Assembly: GCA_041750285.1 (NCBI GenBank)
Contig: JBGSZS010000007.1
Span: forward strand, 128,001-192,000
Reading direction: 5' to 3'
Length of the DNA stretch: 64,000 nucleotides
DNA from: Candidatus Fermentibacteraceae bacterium
Lineage (GTDB): Bacteria > Fermentibacterota > Fermentibacteria > Fermentibacterales > JCC-6
Below, piece after piece: positions 9,833-18,647 of this stretch (the stretch's first letter is position 1; each line of letters opens with the position of its first letter). The notes beneath the pieces are model-generated. The model saw only the letters and a program-made list of their open reading frames with translations, was not told the origin of the DNA and made no database searches. The position numbers were made by a program, and so were the translations under genes.

Positions 9833-11248
9833 CTAGTCCCCCTGGCCCCGGAAGCCCCTGAGAACCCTTCCGGCCTTGCCCATTGCCTTGCCGGGCTCTC
9901 TCGCCAGCTCGGATGCCCATCGGGTTATGTTGTCGACACTGGTGATCTTGCGCCAGCTCCTGTACCGCTCGATCTTGTGCTTCCAGCCCACCACGTCCGC
10001 GAGTTCAAGGTAGGGGAGGCGCATGTTCATGATCTCGCACGCCCTGTTCCTGGCGGGGTCGAGGAGTTCAGGGTTCTGGTCGGTCGTGAGATAGCCCTTC
10101 TCCTTCGCCCAGGTGTGGATGTGCCGGCCCGGGATCGCAGTGGACAGGTACACTATTATGTCGTCGGGCTTGATCCGCTTCAGAAGCCTGTAGGTGGCCT
10201 CGATGTCATCGTGGGTTTCGAGGGGATAGCCGATCATGATGTTGGCCGTTGCCTCGACCTTGAACTCGTGGCACCACTTGAAGGCCAGTTCGGCCTGTTC
10301 GGGGGTTGTGCCCTTCTCATAGCAGTCGAGGATCTTCTGGCTTCCGCTTTCGACACCGAAGCTTATGCAGTGGCAGCCGCTCTCGCCCATGACCCTCACC
10401 TTGTCGCGGGTGACGGTGTCCACCCTGCTGTTGCAGTGCCACTCCAGATCGATCCCGGCATCCCTCAGCAGGTCGCGGTACTCCTCGAACCATTTCGTGG
10501 GGTGCATCGTTATCGTGTCGTCCTTGAAGAAGATCCTGAGCTCCTTGGTGTTCCTCAGCCTGGCAAGCTCCACTATCTCCCCCACGACGTTTCCGGCGGA
10601 CCTGAGGCGGATGCCTCCCCCGAAGATCAGGTCGGTGCTGGGTTTGCAGTACGTGCAGTGAAAGGGGCAGCCCCTGGTCGTGACCATCCCGAACTCGCTC
10701 AGACCGTTGGCCAGGTACCAGTCGTAGTCGACCACATCTCGGGCGGGGTAGGGGATCGTGTCGAGGTCGCGGATGACGGGTCGTCTCGGATTTTCCGTGA
10801 AGCCTTCCCCGACGGGGTATGCCATGTTCCTGACGGACCTCCAGTCCCCGCCCTTCGAAAGGGTGTCGGCAAGCTCCACAATTGCCTCTTCGGCTTCACC
10901 CACAAGTGCCGAATCCGCCCCGGTGCCCTGGATGCTCAGCCCGGGAAAGATGCTGGGGTAAGCTCCCCCTACCGTGAAATGGGCATCGGGCACTACGGTC
11001 CTCAGGTGCTGAAGCACCTCGCCGGCCCTTCCCATCTTGGCCGCGGCGCTTATGGCTATTCCCACCAGGTCGCACCCCCTGGCCAGATGATCGATGTCGG
11101 TGATTTTCACGCAGGATGAGTAGTCCATGTATACGGGCTCGTGCCCTGCGTTCCGCAGGGCGCTGACGAGGTGAAGAACACCTATGGGCTCGGCAAGCCC
11201 GTTGTATTCGAACCATTGCCATCTAGGGTAAACAAGAGCTACCTTCAT
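9833..11248 (-). CDS. B12-binding radical SAM protein
   Basis: MKVALVYP, EPIGVLHL, VGGAYPS, TRGCPFHCTYC, FGVESGSQKIL, IGYPLET. Confidence 0.9.
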   Translation of the reverse strand: MKVALVYPRWQWFEYNGLAEPIGVLHLVSALRNAGHEPVYMDYSSCVKITDIDHLARGCDLVGIAISAAAKMGRAGEVLQHLRTVVPDAHFTVGGAYPSIFPGLSIQGTGADSALVGEAEEAIVELADTLSKGGDWRSVRNMAYPVGEGFTENPRRPVIRDLDTIPYPARDVVDYDWYLANGLSEFGMVTTRGCPFHCTYCKPSTDLIFGGGIRLRSAGNVVGEIVELARLRNTKELRIFFKDDTITMHPTKWFEEYRDLLRDAGIDLEWHCNSRVDTVTRDKVRVMGESGCHCISFGVESGSQKILDCYEKGTTPEQAELAFKWCHEFKVEATANIMIGYPLETHDDIEATYRLLKRIKPDDIIVYLSTAIPGRHIHTWAKEKGYLTTDQNPELLDPARNRACEIMNMRLPYLELADVVGWKHKIERYRSWRKITSVDNITRWASELAREPGKAMGKAGRVLRGFRGQGD

Positions 11249-11324
11249 TGGTCTCCTCCTTCAGGGAATATAGGAAAACCCCGTGGACTTGCCCTTTCTA
11301 CTCCCGATGAAGAATATCTCCCGC

Positions 11325-12452
11325 ATGGTTGCAGAAACCCCCTTTCTGGTAGTCGGAGCAGGTCCCGCCGGTTCGGCGTGTGCCTGGAAACTTGCGTCGG
11401 AAGGCTTTCCCGTTGTGCTTGCCGACCGTTGCAGGTTTCCCAGGCAGAAGCTGTGCGGGGGGGCTCTGTCCAACAACGGCGCACAACTCCTCACGGAGGG
11501 GGGCATGCTTCTTCCCGCCGAGGTCGAGGACCTTGTCGTGGCAAGACAAGGAACGTTCTCGTGCTACGATTCCCTTTCGCACCTTCGGACCTTTCACGGT
11601 GGAACCCCTGAAATGAGACTTCTGGACAGGTCCGGGTTCGATTCGTTCCTCTGCAGGAGGGCGGTCGAGGCCGGGGCTGTCTTCCTCGAGGGACTCGGCT
11701 TCCGCGGGTTCGGTGACGATGGAAGGGCTGAATTCACCGGTGGGGAACGGATCCGCTTCCAGCGCATGGTCGGGGCCGACGGCGCCTGCAGCACGGTCAG
11801 GCGCCGGGCGTACGGAAGACCCCGTGGAAGGCACGGCCTGTGCCTTGAAGCATTTGTCCCCCTTTCTCCGCGTGTTCTGGAGAAGTTCCTGCCCCCAGGG
11901 CTTCAGATACATTTCGGCCTTCTCCCATACGGTTACGGATGGGTCTTCCCCAGAAAGGAGGATGTTTGCGTGGGGGTAGGTTCATTCGGTCCAGGCCGCC
12001 GTCCGAAGGCGCTGGCGAAGGCTGCCGAGAAGCTGATCGCTCACCTTGGGCTGGGATTCAACAGACCATTGCGTGGAGCGCTTGTCCCGCCGTGCAATGG
12101 TGGTCTGCTTGCCGGGAAAGACAGGGTGCTGCTGGCCGGCGATGCAGCAAGTCTCTGCGACAGGGTGTCGGGCGAGGGGATCTCCCATGCTCTGGAGAGC
12201 GGATTTCTCGCCGCCGAAGCCCTCATTGCCGGAGCACGATCATGGGACACACGGGCAAGGTGCGTCAGGCAGGTCAGGGAATCGGCCCTCTACAGGCACC
12301 TTCTGTACGGCAGAGCGTTCCGCGCCCTGGCAATGCGAAAGCTGAGGGACAGCGACCGGTTCATGCGTATCTACTGGCAGATCGCTGCCGGTGAAGCCGG
12401 CTACCCGGAGTTGTTTCAGCGCAGGGCGGCGAGTATTCCTTCGGAGACCTGA
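11325..12452 (+). CDS. geranylgeranyl reductase-family FAD-dependent oxidoreductase
   Basis: VVGAGPAGS, FPRQKLCGG, VGADG, YGWVFP, LLAGDAA, GEGISHALESG; possibly leaderless (TTGCCC-N17-GAATAT ending 7 nt before the ATG). Confidence 0.85.
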   Translation: MVAETPFLVVGAGPAGSACAWKLASEGFPVVLADRCRFPRQKLCGGALSNNGAQLLTEGGMLLPAEVEDLVVARQGTFSCYDSLSHLRTFHGGTPEMRLLDRSGFDSFLCRRAVEAGAVFLEGLGFRGFGDDGRAEFTGGERIRFQRMVGADGACSTVRRRAYGRPRGRHGLCLEAFVPLSPRVLEKFLPPGLQIHFGLLPYGYGWVFPRKEDVCVGVGSFGPGRRPKALAKAAEKLIAHLGLGFNRPLRGALVPPCNGGLLAGKDRVLLAGDAASLCDRVSGEGISHALESGFLAAEALIAGARSWDTRARCVRQVRESALYRHLLYGRAFRALAMRKLRDSDRFMRIYWQIAAGEAGYPELFQRRAASIPSET

Positions 12453-14326
12453 TCGGGCAGAAGCCCCTGCATTCTGTAGAGGTCGTCGGGCTCACCGCTC
12501 ATGCCGTACTCCCTGGCACCGAATCGCAGAAGGCGAGGGGTTCCCGAACGCTCCGAGAGACGGATCGCAAGCCCCGCACCCAGACCCGTTTCGGCATCAT
12601 GGTCCTCATATGCGGCAAGCAGCCTGAAAGTACTGAGTTCCTTCATCAGTGATTCAGGGAGTGCGTTCGGGGCACTGACCGCATACACCCTGGCCGAGAT
12701 TCCCGCCTTTTCGAGGGAAGCCCTCACTGAAAGCGCCCTGTGGCACATGCATCCCATGGCGAGGATCGCCACGTCGGTCCCGTCCCGAAGGATGTCCGGC
12801 TTTCCGAAGACGAACCTGTATGAGTTGCCGAAGAATGGACCGCCCTTCTCATCGGTGATCACTGGCTGTCTGGACCGGCCCATCGCGATGAAGAAGTTGC
12901 CGGGGTGCATTGCTGCGAACCTGACAACCCTGTCGGTCTGGTTGGGGTCAGCCGGCACCACCGTGAAGTAGTTCTTGAGTGCCCGCATGAGTCCGACGTA
13001 TTTGAGGCAGTGATGGGTCTTGCCGTCGGGTCCCACATCCAGGCCGCAGTGGGTGGCGACCACCTTCAGGTTGGTATTGTTGATGTCGTTTATCCTGTGT
13101 TGGTTGAAGGTTTCGTCCGAGGCGAAAACCCCGAAATCCGCCCAGAACACAACCTTTTCCGCCAGTGAAGCCCCGCCGGCGGCGCTGGCCGTGTGATGTT
13201 CGGTGATGCCGCATTGCAGATGATGTGCGGGAAACTCCGCACCGAAGGCCGATGTCTTCACGCTGCCTGCCAGATCGCAATCGAAAACCAGTGGAGTGTC
13301 GTTGCCGTTGGCACGGGCCAGATCGAGCAGGGCCGCGCCCCATGCGCTTCTGTTGTCTCCCTTGTGCCCGGGAGGATAGGTCACGGGATTGCCCTGCAGC
13401 GCGCAAACATGGAAGCGTGGTTCACAGTGAACGGCTCGCCGTGGATTTCCCGATTCCCTCGCGGTTTTCAGCTCTTCCAGTCTGTTGGGCAGACCCAGTT
13501 CCTGGAGTGCTGCGCTGAGCTCATCGGGGCTTGGAGCCCTGCCGTGGAAGTCGGGGTCGTTTTCCATGAAGGAAACTCCCCTCCCCATGACTGTTTCGGC
13601 TATCACGAGCCGTGGTGATTTCTGTCCGGCGGGGCTGAGAGCTTTGTAGAGGGCGCCGAGGTCATGACCGTCAACCTTCACGACCTCCCAGCCGCTGCTT
13701 CTGAATTCGGCCCCGTGGTCGACGGGCATGATGTCGGCTGTAGCGCCTGAGATCTGAAGCCGGTTGCAGTCGATGACGCATGTGAGGTTTCCGAGAGCGA
13801 ACTTCGAGGCGAACCTCCTGGCCTCGCTGATCTGACCCTTCTGGTTCTCGCCGTCGCCCGTTACAACCCAGACATGATTCCGGTAGCCCAGGCTTCTGTC
13901 GGCGACAGCCATTCCCGTTGCAGCGCTCAAACCCTGTCCGAGGTTTCCCGAGGTCAACTCGATTCCCGGTAGATGTCTTTCGACATGCCCCTCGTAACTG
14001 CTGCCCGCCTGGCGGAAGCCAACGATCGCGTCATCGAGGTTGAAGAAGCCAAACCCTCCCAGCACCGAGTAGACCGCGGGAGAGATGTGGCCGTGGCTCA
14101 CGACGATGCGGTCCCGTCCACGCCTGCATGGGTCGTGCGGATCAACCGAGGCCTGGCTCCAGAGAAGGGCCAGTATCTCGAGGCTGCTCATTGAACCGCC
14201 GGGATGACCGCTTCCCGCCAGACAGGTCATGTGAAGAATGTTGCCACGGGCCTTTCTGCAGAACTCCCGCAGTTCGGCGATCGTTGCCTGTGGCAGCTCG
14301 GGTTCCCTGAAGAGGGTCCGTGTCAT
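12416..14326 (-). CDS. tkt: transketolase (single chain)
   Basis: SGHPGGSMS, SHGH, SGNLGQG, GDGE...N ThDP motif, GITEH, GPDGKTHH. Confidence 0.9.
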   Translation of the reverse strand: MTRTLFREPELPQATIAELREFCRKARGNILHMTCLAGSGHPGGSMSSLEILALLWSQASVDPHDPCRRGRDRIVVSHGHISPAVYSVLGGFGFFNLDDAIVGFRQAGSSYEGHVERHLPGIELTSGNLGQGLSAATGMAVADRSLGYRNHVWVVTGDGENQKGQISEARRFASKFALGNLTCVIDCNRLQISGATADIMPVDHGAEFRSSGWEVVKVDGHDLGALYKALSPAGQKSPRLVIAETVMGRGVSFMENDPDFHGRAPSPDELSAALQELGLPNRLEELKTARESGNPRRAVHCEPRFHVCALQGNPVTYPPGHKGDNRSAWGAALLDLARANGNDTPLVFDCDLAGSVKTSAFGAEFPAHHLQCGITEHHTASAAGGASLAEKVVFWADFGVFASDETFNQHRINDINNTNLKVVATHCGLDVGPDGKTHHCLKYVGLMRALKNYFTVVPADPNQTDRVVRFAAMHPGNFFIAMGRSRQPVITDEKGGPFFGNSYRFVFGKPDILRDGTDVAILAMGCMCHRALSVRASLEKAGISARVYAVSAPNALPESLMKELSTFRLLAAYEDHDAETGLGAGLAIRLSERSGTPRLLRFGAREYGMSGEPDDLYRMQGLLPDQVSEGILAALR

Positions 14327-16038
14327 CACTGGTCCACCCTGTGTTCAGCCCTGGCCTCAAGCAGGGCCCTTATGATCCCCAGAACCCGGTCTGCCTTCAG
14401 CACGGTTTCATCGAGGAGCCGAAGGGCTTCAGACTTCACCGATTCCCTGTAGCCGGTGTCCGTTATCTCGCCCAGGTTGATCAGAACGTTCATGCAGGCG
14501 CCTTCCGCTGCAGTGCGGGCTGCTGAGGCGGCCACACCCGAATCGCTGACAGAGGCCTGCATGCCCCGCTCGGCAACGATTCCTGCAAGGTCGGCTGCCT
14601 CCCTTGCGAGCCTGAGAACCCGAAGGGGAACCTCGATGGCTTCGCGCACGGCGGCCTGCACGTCACCGCCGCTCCTGGCGGCCTCCATCCAGTTGTTGAA
14701 AGCCCTTGTATCGTCATCTATGGCCGCCAGCAGGCTTTCCTTCATCTCCTGGGCCCTGGGGGCAATGCGGCGCATTTCTTCCCAGTGCGGCCTGTATTCC
14801 CTGTTCTTCACGGTCAGGTTCGCGACCATGGAAACAAGTGCAGAGGACAGTGCACCCGCAAGCGCCGACGCGCTTCCGCCGCCGGGCGCGGGTGAATCGA
14901 CGGACAACTGGTCGCAGAAGTCACTGCAGGACAGGCCGGACAAGTCGACCGTGCTGTCGGCTATCATGTACTCGATGATCTTCTCGCCTGGGTTGAAGGG
15001 AGCCACATCCCTGAGGCCCATGCTGCGGATGGCTGTTTCCAGAAGGTCCTTCTCCGGCTGTCCGGTCGTCACGCTCTGTTTTCCCACTGTGGTGAGGCCG
15101 CGGTTCTGTTTGTCGATGAAGTAACGGCCGGCGTCGAGCATTGCGGAGAGGGGAACAAGGCCAACGATCTCGCTTCCGGTGACCACTCCCCCAAGCTTCT
15201 CGACCTCTTCCCGTGTGACCTCGTATGCCACGTGCAGCGGAGTTACCGATATGTCGGTGAGGTTCATCGTGACCTGTGACGTCCCATACTCCTCAATGTA
15301 CCACCCAGTGGCCTTGCAGCAGTCCAGCCGGCCCTTTTCGTGGATCCTTTCACCCTTTTCGTCCCTTGCGAACTTCCAGTCCGGCGTGCGTGCGGGTCTG
15401 CCGCTGTCGCGGATGGCAAGGGCCACTTCCTTCGCTATCGAAGTGTCACGCGTGTTCACGTTCACGTTGTACGCGATGAGGAAGTTCCGCGCTCCGATCG
15501 TGCAGACGCCGGTCCGGGCAACGGCTTCGTTCCAGGCGTTGGGTCCGAAATCGGGTTTCCATTCCTCCCTGCCCAGTTTGTCCTTCAGAGCCTCGTACTC
15601 TCCGGCCCTGATGTCGGGCAGTTTGCACCTTTCCGGGCGTGAGGCCGCGAATTCGTACAGGTAGACCGGGATTCCGAGTTCGCTGCCCACCCTCTCCCCG
15701 AGCCGGCGGGCAAGCTGCACGCAGAGGTCCATGTCGACACCGCTCACGGGGACGAATGGGCACACGTCGGTGGCCCCGTGTCTGGGGTGGGCTCCCTTCT
15801 GTACCCTCATGTCTATGAGTTCCGCGGCTTTCGCCACCAGAAGGAAGGACGCCTCGACAACGGCATCGGGGTCTCCGGCGATTGTGATGACGGTACGGTT
15901 GGTGGCTGCTCCGGCATCGACATCAAGAACGGAGGCGCCCTTAACGGTCGATGCCGCTTTGGTCACTGCATCGATAACGGCGCGGTTCCGTCCCTCGGAA
16001 ATGTTCGGCACGCATTCGACTATCCTGCGGGGCATCAT
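14326..16038 (-). CDS. ftcD: bifunctional glutamate formimidoyltransferase / formimidoyl-THF cyclodeaminase
   Basis: ECVPNISEGR, HPRHGATDVCPFVP, IAYNVN, then SPAPGGGSASA cyclodeaminase domain. Confidence 0.95.
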   Translation of the reverse strand: MMPRRIVECVPNISEGRNRAVIDAVTKAASTVKGASVLDVDAGAATNRTVITIAGDPDAVVEASFLLVAKAAELIDMRVQKGAHPRHGATDVCPFVPVSGVDMDLCVQLARRLGERVGSELGIPVYLYEFAASRPERCKLPDIRAGEYEALKDKLGREEWKPDFGPNAWNEAVARTGVCTIGARNFLIAYNVNVNTRDTSIAKEVALAIRDSGRPARTPDWKFARDEKGERIHEKGRLDCCKATGWYIEEYGTSQVTMNLTDISVTPLHVAYEVTREEVEKLGGVVTGSEIVGLVPLSAMLDAGRYFIDKQNRGLTTVGKQSVTTGQPEKDLLETAIRSMGLRDVAPFNPGEKIIEYMIADSTVDLSGLSCSDFCDQLSVDSPAPGGGSASALAGALSSALVSMVANLTVKNREYRPHWEEMRRIAPRAQEMKESLLAAIDDDTRAFNNWMEAARSGGDVQAAVREAIEVPLRVLRLAREAADLAGIVAERGMQASVSDSGVAASAARTAAEGACMNVLINLGEITDTGYRESVKSEALRLLDETVLKADRVLGIIRALLEARAEHRVDQ

Positions 16039-16155
16039 TCCTCCATGAAGCTTCGGGGTTTTTCTTTTTGGCGTAATGGACTATGAAACATAGAACATGG
16101 GCATGCCGGCAACAACGATGGACCGCATCGCCCGTTGTCGGGAAGGGGGATTCAT

Positions 16156-17331
16156 TTGCGCGGAATAGGGGTGGTGGAGGGTTTTTACGGAAAGCCCTAT
16201 ACGGTTGCGATGCGGCACGGCATCTTCCGTGCCCTGTCCGGTTGTGCCGAGCCGGTCTACCTTTACGCGCCAAAGGATGATCCCTTTCATCGCCGGGAGT
16301 GGAGGAAGCCGTACCCTTCCCGGAACTGGAGCGAGATCGAGGCGTCCATCTCACTGGCCTCCGAAACCGGAATAACGTTCTACTTCGGCCTGAGTCCCTG
16401 GAAGTTCGACATGGGTGAGTACGGTCTGGCCCGGGACAAGCTCTGCTCGGCAGCGGAAGCCGGAGCATCGGGCCTCTGCATCCTGTTCGACGACATACCC
16501 CAGGCCGCCTCTGCCGAACTGGCGGACATGCAGCTGACATTTGCCGAACGGGCCCTGTCGGGCCTCGACCTTCCGGTGATGCTTTGCCCCACGGTGTACT
16601 GCAGTGAGTTCCTCCGCGGGAATCCCGGAGCCTCAGCGTACCTCGAGTCCTGGAAGAAGGCTTTCGATACGCTGCAGGATGTCCTGTGGACAGGTGACGA
16701 AGTCGTGAGCCGGGAAATCGGCGACCTCGGCGAAGCATGCAGGCTTCTCGGGAAGGCCCCCGTGATATGGGACAACCTTCTTGCCGACGACTACTGCCTG
16801 AGAAGGGTTTACCTGGGTTCATTGAACGGTCGTGTGCCCACAGGGACACCGGTCCTTCTGAACCCCTCCCGCATCTTTCCCGTAGCCCTTCACGGAGTCA
16901 TGGAACTCGTGGCCGCCTCCACCGGAAGGCGCGAGTGGCCTGCCGAACTGGGTCCCCGGCTTCGGGGATGGGAGCTTCTTCGTGACTTCAACTACACACC
17001 CTGGAATCTCACCGGCACCGGGGAAGGGAAGCTGGGGATGATCGGGGAAGCCCTCTCGGGAGGTGAGACCGGCCCCTGCCTTGAGTGGCTTGAACCCGCT
17101 CTGTCCGACATGGAGGAATTGGCGGACTCGGTGGGTTCAATACCCGGAGGCTGGGACCTGTATCCTTTCGTAAGGGACATGTGGAGAACGCTTTCCATCC
17201 TGCGGAAGTCCCTGTCACAGGACGGACCCTCTGCCCGAAGCGCCATGCTTCACTATCTTATGCACCGGAGGCTTCCCTACGAGAACCCACTGGCCGCAAT
17301 TGCGGCCCATCCGCTGGAGGATCGGGCTTGA
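16156..17331 (+). CDS. GH84 beta-N-acetylglucosaminidase (O-GlcNAcase-like), no signal peptide
   Basis: TTG start after GGGGGA; GVVEGFYG, YAPKDD, ILFDDIP, CPTVY, WTG, IWDN. Confidence 0.85.
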   Translation: MRGIGVVEGFYGKPYTVAMRHGIFRALSGCAEPVYLYAPKDDPFHRREWRKPYPSRNWSEIEASISLASETGITFYFGLSPWKFDMGEYGLARDKLCSAAEAGASGLCILFDDIPQAASAELADMQLTFAERALSGLDLPVMLCPTVYCSEFLRGNPGASAYLESWKKAFDTLQDVLWTGDEVVSREIGDLGEACRLLGKAPVIWDNLLADDYCLRRVYLGSLNGRVPTGTPVLLNPSRIFPVALHGVMELVAASTGRREWPAELGPRLRGWELLRDFNYTPWNLTGTGEGKLGMIGEALSGGETGPCLEWLEPALSDMEELADSVGSIPGGWDLYPFVRDMWRTLSILRKSLSQDGPSARSAMLHYLMHRRLPYENPLAAIAAHPLEDRA

Positions 17332-18599
17332 GCTTGAAAGTGATACTTGCCGGTTTCAACACCGACCGAGAGAATCCCGCTTCCACCCCCGAAACCCTGA
17401 GCGCCGCCTACGCCAGGATCAGCCGCGACCCTTCACCGGTCAACGAACTGCGGGCCATGTCCGCCAGGGAGGTTGAAACCGCCAGGGAATCCAACAGGCG
17501 AATCGTCTTCGACTACGGTCACGGCTCCGTGGCTGAGCACGCCGTCTTCAACCTGGATGTGCTGGGTGTTTCCCGGCTTGCCGTCGAAGCCCTGCAGTCG
17601 TTCAGGCTGGCCAGCTTTACGGAGAAGTCGCAAAGGTACATCAGGATAGGCGAGGACTGGCATCTGCCCTCCGGGATCGTTGACAGGGAATCCTGTACGT
17701 CCGTCGTCAGTGAGCTGTTCGATTCCTACGACAAACTTCTGAAGGACCTTGCGCGAGCCGGATTCGACAGGGGCACGGCAAGGGAGGATGCCAGGTACCT
17801 GCTTCCCCTGGCGGCCACGAGTCAGATGGGCATGACGGTGAACGCGCGTGAGCTTGAACACATGATCCGCAGATTGAGGGCGCATCCACTCGAGGAGGTC
17901 CGGGCGCTTGCCGATGCGCTGTTTGCAGCGGTGGAACCCGTCGCACCCTCACTGATGCTCTTCACGACTCCGTCGGCCATGGATGGCATCGCCCACCTGC
18001 AGCCGGCCCCCGTACCCGGATCGAAGGAAGTGGAGCTTCTTCATTGCGACGGCGACGAGAGGGTTGCGGCATGGCTCGGGAGGATCTTCGGGCAACACGA
18101 CCCCCGCCGGCTTTTTGAAATGGCCTACGGGAACCTTGGTGTTCACGACGCTCTTCCGAGGGCCTGGGAGCTCTTCCGGGCCGACTTTTCCATCACCCTT
18201 TCTGCGACGGCCTACGCACAGATGAAAAGGCACAGGATGTGCACGCAGCTCGTGTCTGCATACGATACCAGGCTCGGTTTCACGATTCCTCCCTCGGTCC
18301 GGGAGGCCGGTTTCGAGGGATTCTTCACCAAAGCCGTCAAGTCAGCCGGGGACGCCGCGGACCGCCTTGGAACGCACTACCTTCTCACCAACGCCCACCG
18401 GCGTCAGATCATGCTCTCAATGAACGGAAGGGAATTCCATCACTTCTGCAGGCTCAGGGATGATGCCCACGCCCAGTGGGACATCAGGGGACTGGCCGGG
18501 GAGATGCTTTCACTGGCCTCGCGAAGGGCACCGCAGACCCTCGCCATGACCTGCGGCAAATCAAGGTGGACCGAGGTCAGCGGAAAACCTGTTACATGA
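17328..18599 (+). CDS. thyX: FAD-dependent thymidylate synthase, tandem two-domain form
   Basis: GHGSVAEH, EKSQRY, EDARYLLP, NARELEH; second domain KRHR...NGREFHHFCRLR...AQWDIR. Confidence 0.85.
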   Translation: MSLKVILAGFNTDRENPASTPETLSAAYARISRDPSPVNELRAMSAREVETARESNRRIVFDYGHGSVAEHAVFNLDVLGVSRLAVEALQSFRLASFTEKSQRYIRIGEDWHLPSGIVDRESCTSVVSELFDSYDKLLKDLARAGFDRGTAREDARYLLPLAATSQMGMTVNARELEHMIRRLRAHPLEEVRALADALFAAVEPVAPSLMLFTTPSAMDGIAHLQPAPVPGSKEVELLHCDGDERVAAWLGRIFGQHDPRRLFEMAYGNLGVHDALPRAWELFRADFSITLSATAYAQMKRHRMCTQLVSAYDTRLGFTIPPSVREAGFEGFFTKAVKSAGDAADRLGTHYLLTNAHRRQIMLSMNGREFHHFCRLRDDAHAQWDIRGLAGEMLSLASRRAPQTLAMTCGKSRWTEVSGKPVT

Positions 18600-18600
18600 A

Positions 18601-18615
18601 CGGCGGATGCCGCCG
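18601..18615. terminator. short hairpin between convergent genes
   Basis: CGGCGG ATG CCGCCG. Confidence 0.3.
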
Positions 18616-18647
18616 GGCTGGGCCATGCCCCCCGGTTGCCGGCAGTG

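Noticed and set aside
12416..12452. 37-nt convergent overlap of the reductase and transketolase 3' ends
   Set aside because: Short tail overlaps recur in this compact window (e.g. hutH/FmdB); no evidence of function
16105..16142. Imperfect hairpin between ftcD and the GH84 gene
   Set aside because: Does not match a riboswitch I recognise, and GC-rich DNA forms such stems readily
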